A stretch of 61,609 nucleotides of DNA, counting the filler, from Choristocarpus tenellus KU-1152 (lineage: Eukaryota; Protista; Phaeophyceae), in the NCBI GenBank assembly GCA_964200185.2. It is 6 parts of 6 records of this genome, joined end to end, with 100 filler letters (N's around TTAATTAATTAA, not from the genome) between each part and the next. Parts side by side here need not be neighbours in the genome. Positions count along the whole stretch, not along the records: positions 1 to 21,404 come from CAXNAD020000348.1; 5 more parts are not named here. The stretch is one strand, 5' to 3'. Made by a program: the position numbers and the translations under genes. Positions 1 to 13,500 of this stretch are shown here, in pieces; within the stretch, counting starts at the first letter, position 1, and the number at the start of each line of letters is the position of its first letter. The notes below the pieces were generated by a model that saw only the letters and a program-made list of their open reading frames with translations, searched no databases and was not told the DNA's origin.

Positions 1-45
<45 letters not shown>

Positions 46-113
46 CAAAAAGAAAGACAAAGGGGGGATAAAAGGGGGGGACAGAGAGACAGACATCAGA
101 ATGACGCCTCCTC

Positions 114-2846
114 TCAACTTCTTTGACAACAATTACGAGAGGGTTCAATGGGTACGGTTAAGACAACAACATCACACGTCGGTGCTCTTACCCTGTCCAT
201 GCACGTCTTCCAGACCATGTGGACGTAGGCAACTAGACCCGGGCTCACTCCGTGAAAGAACACAACAGGTAGCAACCAGGGTTCCCCTTTGTCGTCTCGA
301 TCCTGATTGGACATCGCCTTCAAGTGCGAACTATTCGAGGCATGACGCCTTCCTCTGGGAGACGTTTGCTGCGCCGGCAGTCTTTGGCTCGGTGTCAGTG
401 GGGAACCAGACACCGACGGCGGTGGTGCTATCTCCCTGTACCAATAGACCGTCTTGCAGGGTGCTGTCATGCGCTGGAAGCCGTAGGCCTTGAACCACAA
501 CCAGGAGAGTCCTCGAGTGGCCTTAAAGGCGATGTAGAATGCTAAGGGGCGATGATTGAAGGGGATGACAGGCTCCAGTGTATGGCGGATGCAGACTGCG
601 TTTGGATTGTAACCCTGTGGCTCATGCACGTTGGGGAAGAAGAAGGGGATTCAAATTTATGCTTCTAGCTGTTGGTGGGGTTAGGTAGGATCGTGAAAGT
701 GGAATGTTGATATTCTTGTTTTGTTTTTCTGATCGAGAGTATTGAGGGTTAGGGTTAGGGTTAGGGTACTGAGTGTGCATGAGATGAGGCTGCATGGAGC
801 GTTCTTGTGTTGAAAGTCAGCGTCCATGAGAAACAAGCAGTGATACTAGCGTTGATAGACACAAAAAACTTCTATAAAAGCATTGTGTACCATGGATGGA
901 ATGAAGTTGTTCACCACCGATAAACAACAAAAAATGGAGTAATGGAGTCTACTATGCAGTACAGCATGAAACAGTGGAGAAGGAAAATTATATATATATA
1001 TATATAAATGTGTGTGTATATGAATATCTACATATCCCACAAAAAAATAAAACTATTAAAAAAAATAAAATTGCATTCGGAAGGGTTGGAAAAGTACCCC
1101 ACAAAGCAAAAATGTCCTCTCAAAACCTGATACCTCCTTTCCCACACAATCTCAGTAACACTGGTCATGAAAAAGCTCTAGACCTCATTTCTTAAGAAAT
1201 TCATTTCTTAAGCCTTCACACCGTAACATTTCTCACCGGCTCAAACGTTCGTCCATAGTACTTCTCACAGATTTTCACCTGGTGTTGTGAAGTCCAGCAG
1301 CAAAGCAAGGAGAGTGGAAAGTGGGAACACATAAACCGGTGATGGGGCTCAAGGAGTTCCCTTTGATGGTGATTCAACTAGACAAGCTATTTTTTGAGTT
1401 TCCTTTGATGGTGCTAATGATGCACAATAATGCTAAATTTGAATACAGATACAAACCAGAGAATCTACTATGAAAGAGAGATTCTGTCCCCACTACCACA
1501 CACTATGATATAATACTTCTTACGAGTTCACGGTGCTTGCATTCCTCTCTACCAACAAATCATTTTTGCTGAATGATAGCGATTCAATTTCACAACATTT
1601 GGACTCCATTTGGAAAAGTTGTAGACGTAGAAGTTTGAGAACACAAACCACTGGCCAAAAACCTAACCCTAGCTAATAGGTAACATTACGTACCATGTCG
1701 CGAACTCGCGCCTGGATTTCTGCAGTAACGTCCTCTGTCGCTCGGGCGTACATCGCCCAAGTAATGAACTCCACGACATTGTCAAGTTTAATTTCGGAAG
1801 ATGGCGTCCCTCTGAACCAGCCACTGAGGAAAGTGTCAAAGTCACAATCACTGTCTTCCTGGGCGGACAGCCATGCTACCGTATCCATTATCTTTCCCAT
1901 AAGCTGGACATTGTCCATTGGGTACTGCTCAGAGGCGAAGTGGATAGGATAGGGGTGGGTATGGGCAACATCTCTTAAGCCTTAACAAAGGAGATTCGAT
2001 GCGCCTTCCCCTTAACCAGGTAGGTAACAGTGCACGGTGAGTGCATACGAACATGGGCTTCAGGGATCGCTGTACATAGTGGTGTACTCCGCTTTTGTTT
2101 CAGCTAACTCCACAAGTGGGCGGAAACAAGGTGTAGGGAAAGGACAGATTCAGTCTACGAGTAATTCCATAACCATGCCAATTCCGCTAGATCTCCCACC
2201 AGGCAAACAGGGCCGAGAAAATAATGAAGTATTAAATACACTCCGATTTCCAGTCGATACTCCAAACCAAAGCGCAAAGAATGATTTCTTCGTCTTCTTT
2301 TCCCATACATGACAACAATCTCCAAGAAGTGGGTATGCGTATCATGTCCAACTAGGGTCTTCTGATATTTTTTCGCAATCTTCGCTACGTGTTAAACCAT
2401 CCCTTTTCCTTTCTTAAATAATAGTCCCTAATACCAGCTACATGCCTAGCCTCTTTTAATAAATTGATTCAGGGTGAAAGAGTGTAAAGAGTGGAAGCCT
2501 GGAAGGTATTGCATCATCCCCAAGTGTACTCACGAAATATACTTGAAGATGCCCTCGATGTTACGGAGAAAAGGCTTGAATGACATCTAAAATAAGGAAT
2601 ACTCATATTCACATTTCCCGATACACTTTAGAACTAAAGAAAACAACCACTTCCAATGACCAGTATGTCCCAACATGATCTCTTTGTATGATATGAGAGT
2701 TGAAAAAGGATTCGAGGGGTTCTCATTACCGTAGGTGGTGAAACCAGCTTGTTCATCTTCTTTGTGATGATCAAGCGAGCTACGGCATAGAATAGTAGCT
2801 CCACAACCGACCATACACCCAGCGCATACGTCCATAGTACCACCAT
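114..2846 (-). CDS. Alpha/beta-hydrolase-fold membrane protein, spliced, 3' end uncertain or beyond the window start
   Basis: Inferred GT-AG exons 2846-2730 (MVVLWTYALGVWSVVELLFY, hydrophobic), 1924-1694 (FLSGWFRGTPSSEIKLDNVVEFITWAMY), 1278-1237 (VKICEKYYGRTFEP) and 614-~114 (GYNPNAVCIRHTLEP...VYWYR...LPVVFFHGVSPGLVAY), all in phase. PVVFxHG is the typical oxyanion strand of AB hydrolases. The nucleophile region is not seen. Confidence 0.65.
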
Positions 2847-3107
2847 CTTCGATTCGTAGGTGGGGTGGGGTAGTGCAAGTTGTGTTCACAAAGATCATCA
2901 TGCAGGAATATGCTGACTATAATGACGATTGATCCACCAATCAAAATGATTCAAAACTGAGGGTTGGTGGGCCAACACGTTTTTGGTGTTCGAGATTGGT
3001 TGAGACTGGAGATGTACATACCTAACACCTCGTGACACGCCGTCGGTCAGTGGGTTGCTTGGTCCGTCAACCATACGACAGGTAGTACGAAAGGTAGTAG
3101 GCCGATC

Positions 3108-6100
3108 ATGATTGCGACTACATGGCTACTAGGGGTGGGAGGAGCATTGCTGGCTGCCTGCCTTGCGGGACCGACATACCTTTGGCGAGTGCGTCAACCT
3201 TGTTTGATACCGTTGATCCTGCTTCGAAGCTTCTGATTTGTCTCTCTGGATGTATTGTGTCACGGAATCAGGGAATCAGGGAACCAGGGAACCGCCGCTG
3301 TCTGTTGTATCACATTTTTTGTGGAGTACCTGTTCTTGTTTTAGTTGTTTCAGTTGATTGGATACGGATACACTACTCTCTTTCACACCCATATCAACTA
3401 CATTGTCGGGAACCTTATTATCCTGTAACCCTCTCCTACGATAATGCAGGGTGGAAGTTGGAAAATTAGAAAATCCTTCGTATGAAGTAGTGGAGATACT
3501 GAAAGCTGGAAAGTTTGAGGTTGAGCTGCGCTACTATCCTGAGTATTTGATAGCTGAGTCTACAGTGATGGGGAACATGAAGCAAGGCACCTCTCGGGGT
3601 TTCAGGAACGTGGCTGGGTGAGACTCTAAATTTTTTTCAGCTTGCGGAGGGTTAAAAGTTGTGGTTCATGAAAGATGGAGACATGCGCTTGAATTCATGT
3701 TGAGCACCTTCGGCAGTACTTCCAGGTGCTATTGATGCCTAGGATCGTGTACTACCTGGTGGGCTTCCCCATGTGCCGTTTGACACTTGTCGGTTTCGAT
3801 TTTCACCTGTTGGCAGGAACGATGCGATGCCCCTGATGTGTTGTAAAGGGAAAAAGCTTCCAATGGGGATCCAATGGGGGATGCATGCTGACGTTGGATG
3901 TATCAAATTTTATTTGACACAAGGTGATCTGACCATCGTGAACTCGTATCCCTCTTCTCGTTTGGGTTGGGACTCTTGCCTTGGTAACCATGTAGATACA
4001 TTTTTGGAAACAACTCTGCTCGCGGCCAGGGCGATGAGGCTCAGACGATCGCCATGACTACGCCAGTCCGGACCGAACAGCCGAGGAAGGAAGTAGTGGC
4101 TATGACCACGCCCGTGAGGACAGAGCTAAGCAAGGTCGCAAGCGAAATGAAAGTGTCGTTTGTCATGCCTAAAAAGGTGAAAACAAGAATGGAGATGTCA
4201 ACAGTTCTCAGAGTGGCAGGGAAGTTAGGCCTGTTGTAGGAGGTGGATGAAGACTTAACTCTGTTCAAGGGACAAGAAGTGGGAGCAGAGCAAACCGCAC
4301 ATTTTTCATCTGTCGATCATTGTTGATATTAGCTGGAACAGGGTGGCATCCCAGTGTTGAGGACTCCCATTGTTAACCTTCCTCATAGTATGACACCCTC
4401 TTGCCTGCACTGTATAAACTTCTCGCCCTCCCACATCGATGCACACCTGTTCCTCACCATATCCTCTGTCTGTATCATACTCACTGTCAACCAAAAATAT
4501 TGTCAAAAGGTTGATTCTGTTGGTTATCTTGACCTACTACACTAGCTCTTTTGGGTTGTCTCACTTCTCCTACATAATTTTAAGCTCCCCATCTACTTTC
4601 CCACTTAGAATCACTGACCCATATATCCATCCAATTGATTTTTTATGCAGCACCAATCACTAACTTCAAGTGTCTTCTATTCTCCTGTTTCAATATGCTT
4701 ACTAAAACCAGTACACTCAGAAAACCCTACCCAAGCCCAACAGCAAGGATGTCAAAATCAAGAGTGTGACAGCACACCGTATGGTGGCAATACAGTTCCG
4801 AGGGAAGAGTCCTGATGAGGTGAGATGATGCCCTGGCTGTGCCTCACCTGTCCACCCTGCTTCACTCTACAATACCTACCCTCTCATCGTGCAGCATTTG
4901 TCCTCATGGAAGAGGCAACCCACCACTACTTCTTACTTGAGTGAGTTGGAAGTTTGTGGAGAATGAATGGCTTGATCCTTGTCACGCATAACTGAGGATA
5001 CAAATCTCGACACCTTGGACAACAATCCACTTTTGGAAGAATATGTTGACACTTTGTTTTAACATCTCATACACTGTTGTGCGCAAGTGTTACATGTGAT
5101 TTGGTCTGGAGGTGTTATGGGCACTACCTAGTGTTGAATATATTGTTGTTGTGAGTGTTACGGCGTAACACCTTGTTGACCCTATATTGTAACACACGTT
5201 GTGCCATAGCACAAAAAATAACACAGTAACACAAAAAATGCACTGTTATGACACGGTGTTTATGATGCAACATTTTTTGTTTTAAGATATTGCAGTGGCG
5301 AGCGTAATTACATGGTTGAGGGTAATTAATATACGTGGGATTCACAACATCAATTGAAGTAAATGATGGAACATCTGGATTCGCCATTGCACATCAAAGT
5401 CATCATCATACAACAATTCAACTAGAAACAGAGGACAGACACTCGTGTCTGTCACTTCTGTTGCAGTCCTATATCTCCTATTTTATTCTACTAACTTGTG
5501 ATGTTATGCATGGTGAAACATAATGGGGTGATATCACAACACTTTGATAATACTATATTACCCCACTACATTTTGTGTGACGGCATACAGTGTTTACATT
5601 AAAATGACTGCTGTTTATGTTTGGACCGGAGTATTACAACCATTACACAATGTTGTGCATGTTTTGTCATCGGTGTTATGGGCATAACATTGCGTTGAGT
5701 CTAGTGTTATGTTGTCCAAAGTGTGCAACATTCTCAGTATGTAATTCAAGGATAAATCGTCATGATCTGCTGCACCATGGACAATAGGTTCTTAGATCGA
5801 GGCCATTTCTACCAAAACCTTCATTGAAACCCATTGTCACCAAAAGATATTTTCATTCTTCACTGAGGCAGTTGAAATTTTTGATAGGAGGTACAATGGT
5901 CTCTCTGCAGGGAGGTGATAGACAACTTCCTTGTAGTTCCTGTTTTGCTCTCAAAATTTTATCATTACAATGGAGCAGACCTCTGAAGGCTTGCTCATGC
6001 CTGCGTTCAGAGAGTGAGAAGAGTCATTCTTGTGTCTTACATGTGCTGCACTCAAGATGATTGAGTCTCCCGTCTCGGCTGTGTTTATTGTGGAAATGTC

Positions 6101-6442
6101 TCATCTCCTGCCATAAGTGTTTTTTGGTGACATTTAATAGCCTCAGCTTGTTCACCTGCTGTCAGTCTGTGCTAGGCATCATTCACTGCGAGGGAGTTCT
6201 ATCAATACAGGCGGTTATGTTGTCCATACTGTTATCTGATCGAATTGATTTCTGTTGCCTCCCTCCACCTATTTTGTTTGACTTGAATCCAGACAAAAAT
6301 TGAAGAGATGTCACAGAGACTCTTCCAGGTATTGGAGCGAGAGGGCATGTCTCCCAAGGGGGATCTCATGATCTATCAGTACCACCCACCTTTCATGCCA
6401 GGCTTCATGCGACGGAATGAGGTTGCCGTTCGGGTAGCGTGA
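3108..6442 (+). CDS. SOUL heme-binding protein, 5 exons
   Basis: Exons 3108-3184, 3450-3617, 3996-4176, 4712-4819 and 6293-6442 splice in frame: MIATTWLLGVGGALLAACLAGPTYLW/VEVGKLENPSYEVV...ELRYYP...GFRNVAG/YIFGNN...IAMTTPV...VSFVMPKK/YTQKTLPKPNSKDVKI.../YHPPFMPGFMRRNEVAVRVA*. These are hallmark SOUL motifs. Intron 1 has a GC donor. Confidence 0.92.
5009..5725. mobile_element. Non-autonomous TIR element (~715 bp) in SOUL intron 4
   Basis: ACACCTTGGACAACA at 5010 and TGTTGTCCAAAGTGT at 5710-5724 are inverted repeats with 1 mismatch. The interior is rich in TGTT/AACAC sub-repeats, and a related end CACACCTTGGACA occurs at 7624. No TSD seen. Confidence 0.5.
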
Positions 6443-8898
6443 ATGCCTCGTATAGAAGGGGTCAATACTTTTGTAGTATATTTCTTTTCTCCACCTTCAC
6501 TTTTTTTATATATTAGTAGTAGCTATTGCGAGCAGGGAGGGGTGGAGCTATTTCTTGCTGTTGTATTTCCCAGCGAGTATTGGAGTGGTCTGATAGGTAA
6601 TAGGAAAAAACTAGACACAGGAAGCCAAAGCTCTTTGTCAGTTTCGTAATGATCTCCATCTCTGCATGGTAGTCCCGAATTGGTACCGTAACCTCCTTTG
6701 AACCTACCCAACACTGGTAGGGACTGGACAGATGGTTAGTTGGCCGATTTTCTTCTGTTCCTCTTTTTGTGACGACTGCAATACTACTGTAGAACCCAAT
6801 CCCTCAGAGTATCATGGAGTGTCAACAACATATATTCACCATACTCCTGTGACTATTCATAGTGCTGTTTGTTGTAGGGGGTCTTGTAGTAGGTGATAGT
6901 CTCAGGTATGCTCCTCGTGACTTAGGCACCCCTTGTGTTTGTGGTTACTTCTGGAATCTAGGGTGCATGCCCGCAGCCTATTCTTTTTCTCTTTCAGAGA
7001 TAATTCCGGGTGAAGAGCAGTTTATTGTTCACCAGCAGATCTATGATTGCGGTTGGTGGGGAGGGGGGAAGAAGAATGAGCCATGGCTGGATACTGTGTT
7101 CTCTTAATGTGTTTTTTGTTTGTGTGCATGTTTCTGCTTTCATGTTGATTAGTTATTTCTTGTTTGACACTGGTAGGACCCATTGCAAAGAGGGGTGAAA
7201 AACCTCTCTCCCGTCATTTTTCACCTCGCAGGCGTGATGTTTTTTGTTGTATGTCCTCATTTTCTCAGGAGGTGGGAGTAGGGAATGGCTTAAGTTGTGG
7301 TGTGAATCTATTGGTGATGTGTTTGATTCTGCTGCACCCTACACTCAAACTTGTTCACCAAATGTTTCCCATGAATAGTTGGTTTTCCAATAGAGGGTTT
7401 TTAATTAACAGTTTGGAATGTATTGGACTTAAGAGCCTTGTGTATTGAAGCAGATTTTGTAATGAATACAATGAATTGCAGTCTGTCAAGAGTTTTCCTA
7501 TTTCATAGTTGAATTTACAATTTGCTTCCAATTTTAATTCATAGTCTTTGAAAGAATGAATGTAATGGTTGTTGGGAAGGGAGAAGAAGAGTGTCCATGG
7601 CAGTACCACGGAGGAACATGTTTCACACCTTGGACATCATTACACTATATTTTTGTCCTGACATCATCGCTAAATATTTGGTGCACAACATGTGCTAAGT
7701 GTGTTTAGAACCAGAGTGTCACGATCATAACACAGTGTTTTACATGTTTTGGACAGAAATCGGGAAGTTCTTCAGATTTAGTGTGTGGCTCCCGGAAGAG
7801 TGTCCCATACGTTCATTTTAAATATTGTTTTTTCTAATAGCTTATTACAACATGGCACATTCAGAAAATAGTAAAAGATTCCCAGTACCAACAGGATGAA
7901 AATGTGCTCGTCGGTACAAGGTAGGCGGATACAGAGGGTACTAATGCTCAAAGTATGTAATGTTTTGAGGCAGCAAATCTGATCTGTCAACCAATCAGAG
8001 CTTCACATCTCTTCCCTTTTGATTTTACCCGTATCTTTCATTTCATACTTAGGAACAAGTATTACTCAAAACCATGTGATGTCCGTAACACTTGAGACAA
8101 AAACATAAATGATGTCATGCACTTCCCACAACACACCTGTGCTTCCAAAGATCGTTAGCGAGCTAAGAGGTAAGGTTTTTTGATAATTACTACCACGAAC
8201 ATAGCAATTTCACTACCGAGGTTTCTTGCAGATATGAATTCATCCCTCCTACCCGCCCCCTACTTCTCCTTTCATCTGCCTTCCCCCAACACAACATGCC
8301 ATCTCGCTTCTCTATGCTCCTGTACCAGTAAGCTACAATGCGTGCTAAGTGTTTGCATTATACGATACTATGGATGTTCTATTATCCATCCTTTCCTACT
8401 CCAGCATATTGTAGGCACAATGCAGCTTTGTTCATTCCGACAACAAGGAGATCTGATCGAGGCTACCAACAGTGGGTGTCTTTCACTTGTAAAACTTGCG
8501 CTGGGGAAGTCAATGCAATTCAATTGTTCTTGACTTAAAATAAGAGGATCAGTGGGAAAATGATCGACTCAGTAGTCAAACGTATGGATTGGTGAATCAT
8601 TTTCGGCCGGCTTCAACATGGTGCTGTATGTACGAGTTGATTTATTTCAAAGTATCAAAAGTTCCTCCTCTCACCACTCTCGGCGTTTCCTCGCAGTCAC
8701 CTTCCAATCTTTTTGCTTCAATTCAATCAATCAAGTGCTTAAAAACTTCAAGATATTATTTTATTTACAGTTTCAAACTCTTTCACTTCACAACAACAGA
8801 AGAGAGGGTAGGCAAGCAAGCAAGCGCCTGAGATTCGACAAATTGTGAGGAAATGTGACTTACATAATAGACCAATTATATTGTATATTATGTGGAAG

Positions 8899-9329
8899 TG
8901 TCAAATGTGCCAGTTCTCTGCTCAAGGGGGCAATCACAATCACCGGACTTGGCTCTTCCACCTCAGAGAGGGTGAGACCGAGTTTCAAAGGTCTTGCCCC
9001 AACATCTCAGAACAGTTGAGGAAATCCAGAACAGAACACAAACCTAAGACACAAAAGATAGATGTCCCAGAATGACTGGGCAACGTCACAGCAGAGAAAT
9101 GGATCGGTCAGAATCGGAATGTCTCTTTGTCTTGACGGTCCATTTTGGATGTTTGGTCAAATCCTGATCTTATGGGTGTGGTTGGTTTATTGGACTAGTC
9201 GTTATGGGCGAGTTCCAATGACGTGCTTGGTGCGCACAATTTTATATGACCACGCGTCTTATCCACAAATGTGCCTGTCGGAGATCCCAAAAAAGGGACC
9301 TGTCCCTGACATTCCTTCCCCCCCCCCCC
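8899..9329 (-). repeat. Candidate 3' LTR (8899-9311) with polypurine tract (9312-9329) of the gypsy element
   Basis: On the minus strand a G-run plus AAGGAA is followed directly by TGTCAGGGAC, and a matching ...TGACA terminus lies at 8899. It is downstream of the chromodomain. No second LTR copy was found. Confidence 0.45.
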
Positions 9330-10060
9330 AGTGTGGATTCCATCTGAGACGAACACAAAAGTGGCTGGCCAACACTTCATGTCAACCAGGTCCATCTTTG
9401 GGAGGGGAAAAAAATAAAAACATCCTGGTTGAATCAACTCAGGGCGAAGAAAAATGAAAGGTGGAGCACTAGCGGTGATCAGCCCCAGGTCGCACTCTAG
9501 TCCAAGAGAAATCTGTGTTAACGGGTGGAAAGCGTAGTGAGAAAAATGGCATGAACCTGCCTGTCTCCTACGTACCTCCCGGAGATCCGAGTAAATAATG
9601 AAGCTCAGTATCACTACAGCTTTGGTACATCAAGTCATCTATTGGGGAGTGTTGTGGGAATAGTGCCAAGGGTGGTTTGAAGACTCTTCATCCCTTACTA
9701 TCACCTCTTCTTCAACAACTTACCTCCAAGGTGCTTGGACAACCAGTAAGTTGGACTGTGAATATTTGTTATGCACAGTGTTGTTTAAAAGAAACAATAA
9801 AGTAAGATATAGTTTGAAAAAGTATGCATGCTTCTCACAGATAGGACCAACCTGAAAGAAACATCTTCTCTACCTGTGGAATCTGGTGGCACCTCACCAG
9901 GCCGGCAACCCACCAGTATAGAGGCATTCGTCGCACTTCCCGGTCCACAAGGAGGAGTGTCACAAGTATTAGAGGAGGCTTGGTTGCAATTAGATGGATG
10001 TCCGGTTGGTGGTAATACAAGTTCTTCGACTGTTTTAGCGGCAGGTGTCTTTTGATTATG

Positions 10061-13000
10061 TCAAGTCGCTTGGTTAGTGGCTCTCACATTAGGGACGTCC
10101 AACTTGTTCTCATCCCTATAGGCTGCGATCATCTCTGCACATTCAGGTATTTCAGCGGGTTTGCACCATATATCATTGGGCGGTAAATATCCCTGAAAGC
10201 TAAGCCGGTACAAATAATTGCAGGTGGTATTTCTTCCTACATTGCTTATGGTTAACAATGCCCTCTACATAGTTTGACCCAATAGTTGACTGTGTCTTTG
10301 ACCCCTGATCGAGATTTGGTTCGGGTAAAATCCGACCTAAAAAGGGGGAATTAAGGGCATCAATATCAGGTTGTGTGGCTATTCTATCCTTAAAGGGTTT
10401 AAGTCTGGCCATATGAATTGTCACTTCACGTCGATCTTCCAAGCATTTTACGCGATAAACAACAGGTGTTATACGTGCCTTCACTGCTTCATAAGGTCCT
10501 CTCCATGGGGACAATAACTTCGGGTTTGGTGCATCAGCTGAATATGTGGTTTGTGAAGTCACGATTTAACTCCGGGTCCGTATAGTGGGAGTTTATGGTT
10601 CAAGTTATTCGATTCGTTCCTTAAAAGCATCTCACCAATATTACGTCAGGCTAATTCATAGGCTAGCTGTAAATTCTTCACTGTTCGTACTGTATTCTGG
10701 TACAGTTATGGGAGTGGCCTCAGGGACCCCCAAAATAAGATCAATTCGTAAAATTGGGCGCCTCCCAAAGGTTGGGTGTTTATACTACCCCCCTTTCTTG
10801 AACAGTGGTATAATAGGCTGTATTGTGTGCTATCTGTACAAAGAAAGGGCAGCACTGTCAGATTGGTCCATATTTGAATACATGGCCAGCATAGCATGCA
10901 TTGTGGAATGAATACGTTCACATATACTATTGTCTCGCGGTCGATATGCCGTTGTCTTAGTTTTATGATATCCATACACTTTACACAACTCAGCCAGGAG
11001 TTTATTACCATATTCTTTGCCTTGGTCAGAGTGGAGGGTTTCAGGACCAAAGATGGAAAAATACGATCGACAAGAGCTTTAAGCACGGTTTTTTTCTTGT
11101 TTATTTGCAATGCCAACCAAGATTGCGAACCTTGTCAGATGGTCTACAGCGGATAACACATATTTTGCACCGTCTGACGTGGTCTTATATTTAACTAGTT
11201 CAATAATAGCAAGTTGTTGAAATGGACGTGTGACAGGCATATGGCCTGTAGGGAATGAGGTAAAGGTGTGAGGGGTCATCCGCCTTTGACAGGACTGGCA
11301 AGTTTCACACCACTTCCTCACATCTTCATGTAAGGTTGGCCACCAAAATCTATCTCGAACCCGGTCAAATGTATGTTTGAAAGCAAGATGGTCTGCAACT
11401 TTATGGCCATGTAGGGCATGTAAAATTAAATCTTAAACCTCCGTTGGGGCTACTAACTGATCACGAAATTCTCCATTTTTCCGAAGATGACCAGGTGGAT
11501 ACGACCAGTAGAGTGAAAGTCTATTTTCTCGTTCTTGAGTGAAAAAATATGACATGGTGTAGGCCATCTCCATATTGGGTAATGCTGTATTACTTGGGTC
11601 CGCCAGGTATGGAAAATATACTCCAGACTGTTCATGTTGGGCTTTGGCTAGAACTTCCGTATTAATTACAGGGAAAACATTGATGGAGCTTGCAGAGAGC
11701 TTAGAGTCACTGCCACTTTAGATATTTCACCTAGTCGATGCACAGACGATTCATAGGCAGGGTATACCTTACTTGCTTGAGAACTTGCATCAGTGGTTTT
11801 TGTACCCACCTTCCGACATATAGGGATTAGGAGTGCTTGTTCAGATTCATGTTTACAAAATTCTTCCAGTTGAGGACGTGACAACATATCCGGGATGTGA
11901 TGCAATCTGGCAGGCGTATGAAGGGTGGTAAAATCAAAATTTTGCAATGCTAAGGCCCATCGAGTTAACAGATTGGACGTATCTTGCATCGTATGCAGCC
12001 ACCGTAAAGTTGAATGATCACTAATAACTGTGAAATGTTTACCCCAAATATATGGTCTCCAATGTTGAATTGTCGGGATAACTGCAAGGCACTCTTTTTG
12101 TGTGGGAGAATATTTACGTTGGGAGGGGAAAAGTAAGGCACTATGGTATGCAATTATATCGAAATTGCCATCATCATTTTTATGGGTCAAAAACACCCCT
12201 GTCTCAACATTATTACTGGCATTTACATGAATAAAGAATTGCTTAGAAAAACCAGGAAAGTGTAGCACTGGAGCCAGAGTTAAAAGTCGTTTGCATTCGT
12301 CAAAAGCAGTTTGCTGTGATCGATTTCATCTAGATGAGATATCATTGTGGTCTTTTCTTGATCGCTTTAAGGTGGTATGATCTCTTTTTGTACTTCCCCT
12401 TTGTGTATGGCGAATCAATTCAACTAACGGTTGAGTTGCTGAAAGGTTATAAGCCTTTCACCCTTTGAGGGGGATGCATATCTAAAATAGCTTCAATACG
12501 AGCTTGAGATACGGCGATTCCTTGTGGACTAAAATCATATCCCAAAGAATGGATTTGCTTTGAGCCAAATTGAACCTTGGACGGCTTTAACGTAACCCCT
12601 ACATCTTGTAACATTGATAAAACTGTAGTGATCAATTGTTTATGGTGTGTCCACGATGGAGAGGCCAAAACAATATCGTCTAGAAATACCAACAACCCTG
12701 ACCTAGGACCGATACTGGAAAAAGTTTCAGATGTAAAGCGTTGGAAGATCCATGGTGCATTTTGTACTCCAAATGGTAACCTGTTTCCCATCCGGCATGA
12801 TGAAGGCAGTTTTTGTCGGTTGCATTCATCAGTGATCGGTAGTTGCCAGTAGGCTGATTGAATATCTAAATAAGATAAATATTTTGAACCCCCCAAATTA
12901 GATAAACACTCATCCATGGGTGGTAAAGGTCATGAATTACACATCAAATGTTTATTTATGGTTCCTCTAATGTCCACGCAGAATCGAGGCGATTCATCAG

Positions 13001-13500
13001 GTTTGTAACAATGGTAACAGGGGATGCGCATGGGCTAGATGAGGGTTTTATAATGCCCTGTTTTTCCATATCGGTTACATATTGTCGAGTAGTGTCGCGT
13101 ATTTTTGGTGCCGCGGGATACGGTGGTCTACTAACCGGTTTTGTACCTGGTTGTAGTGGTACTCATGTCGCAAAAAATCAACCACTGCTTTTATAAAGCA
13201 TCTTGAAACTGTAAACATTTCCTCCACACAACCAGTATTTTATCTCTCACACAGTATACACCATTGCCATTAGTACTTTTGTACACAACAGTTCTTAAAC
13301 TCTTTAAAAAGAGAAGACCCAAGTGTAATGTTGGTTGATCTGACTTATTTAAGCGACATTTGAAATGCAGACTTGTGCTCATATCTTCGTAACATAAAAA
13401 GAGCATCAATTGCAAATATTTTAAAACACAACAAGTGAGAATACCACATGTACAAAGAAGAGCAATCCTTCTTAACCCTCGCAACTCTTGAGATATATAT
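10061..13500 (-). mobile_element. Degenerate Ty3/gypsy (chromovirus-type) pol: RT, RNase H, integrase, chromodomain
   Basis: RT (LDIQSAYWQLP, LPFGVQNAP, FLDDIV) 12447-12917; RNase H (YSPTQKECLAVI, ISDHSTLRWL) 11666-12268; integrase zinc finger and core (CETCQSCQ, VDHLTRF) 10700-11450; GPY-like WRGPY 10200-10562; chromodomain-like YVEGIVNH...YLYRLSFQGY...DIWCKPAEIPEC 10061-10270. The domain order is gypsy-type and there are many frameshifts. Confidence 0.92.

Noticed and set aside
1-44. Poly-A run as a retrocopy tail
   Set aside because: At the window edge with no associated element or TSD visible; likely an intronic homopolymer at a contig end.
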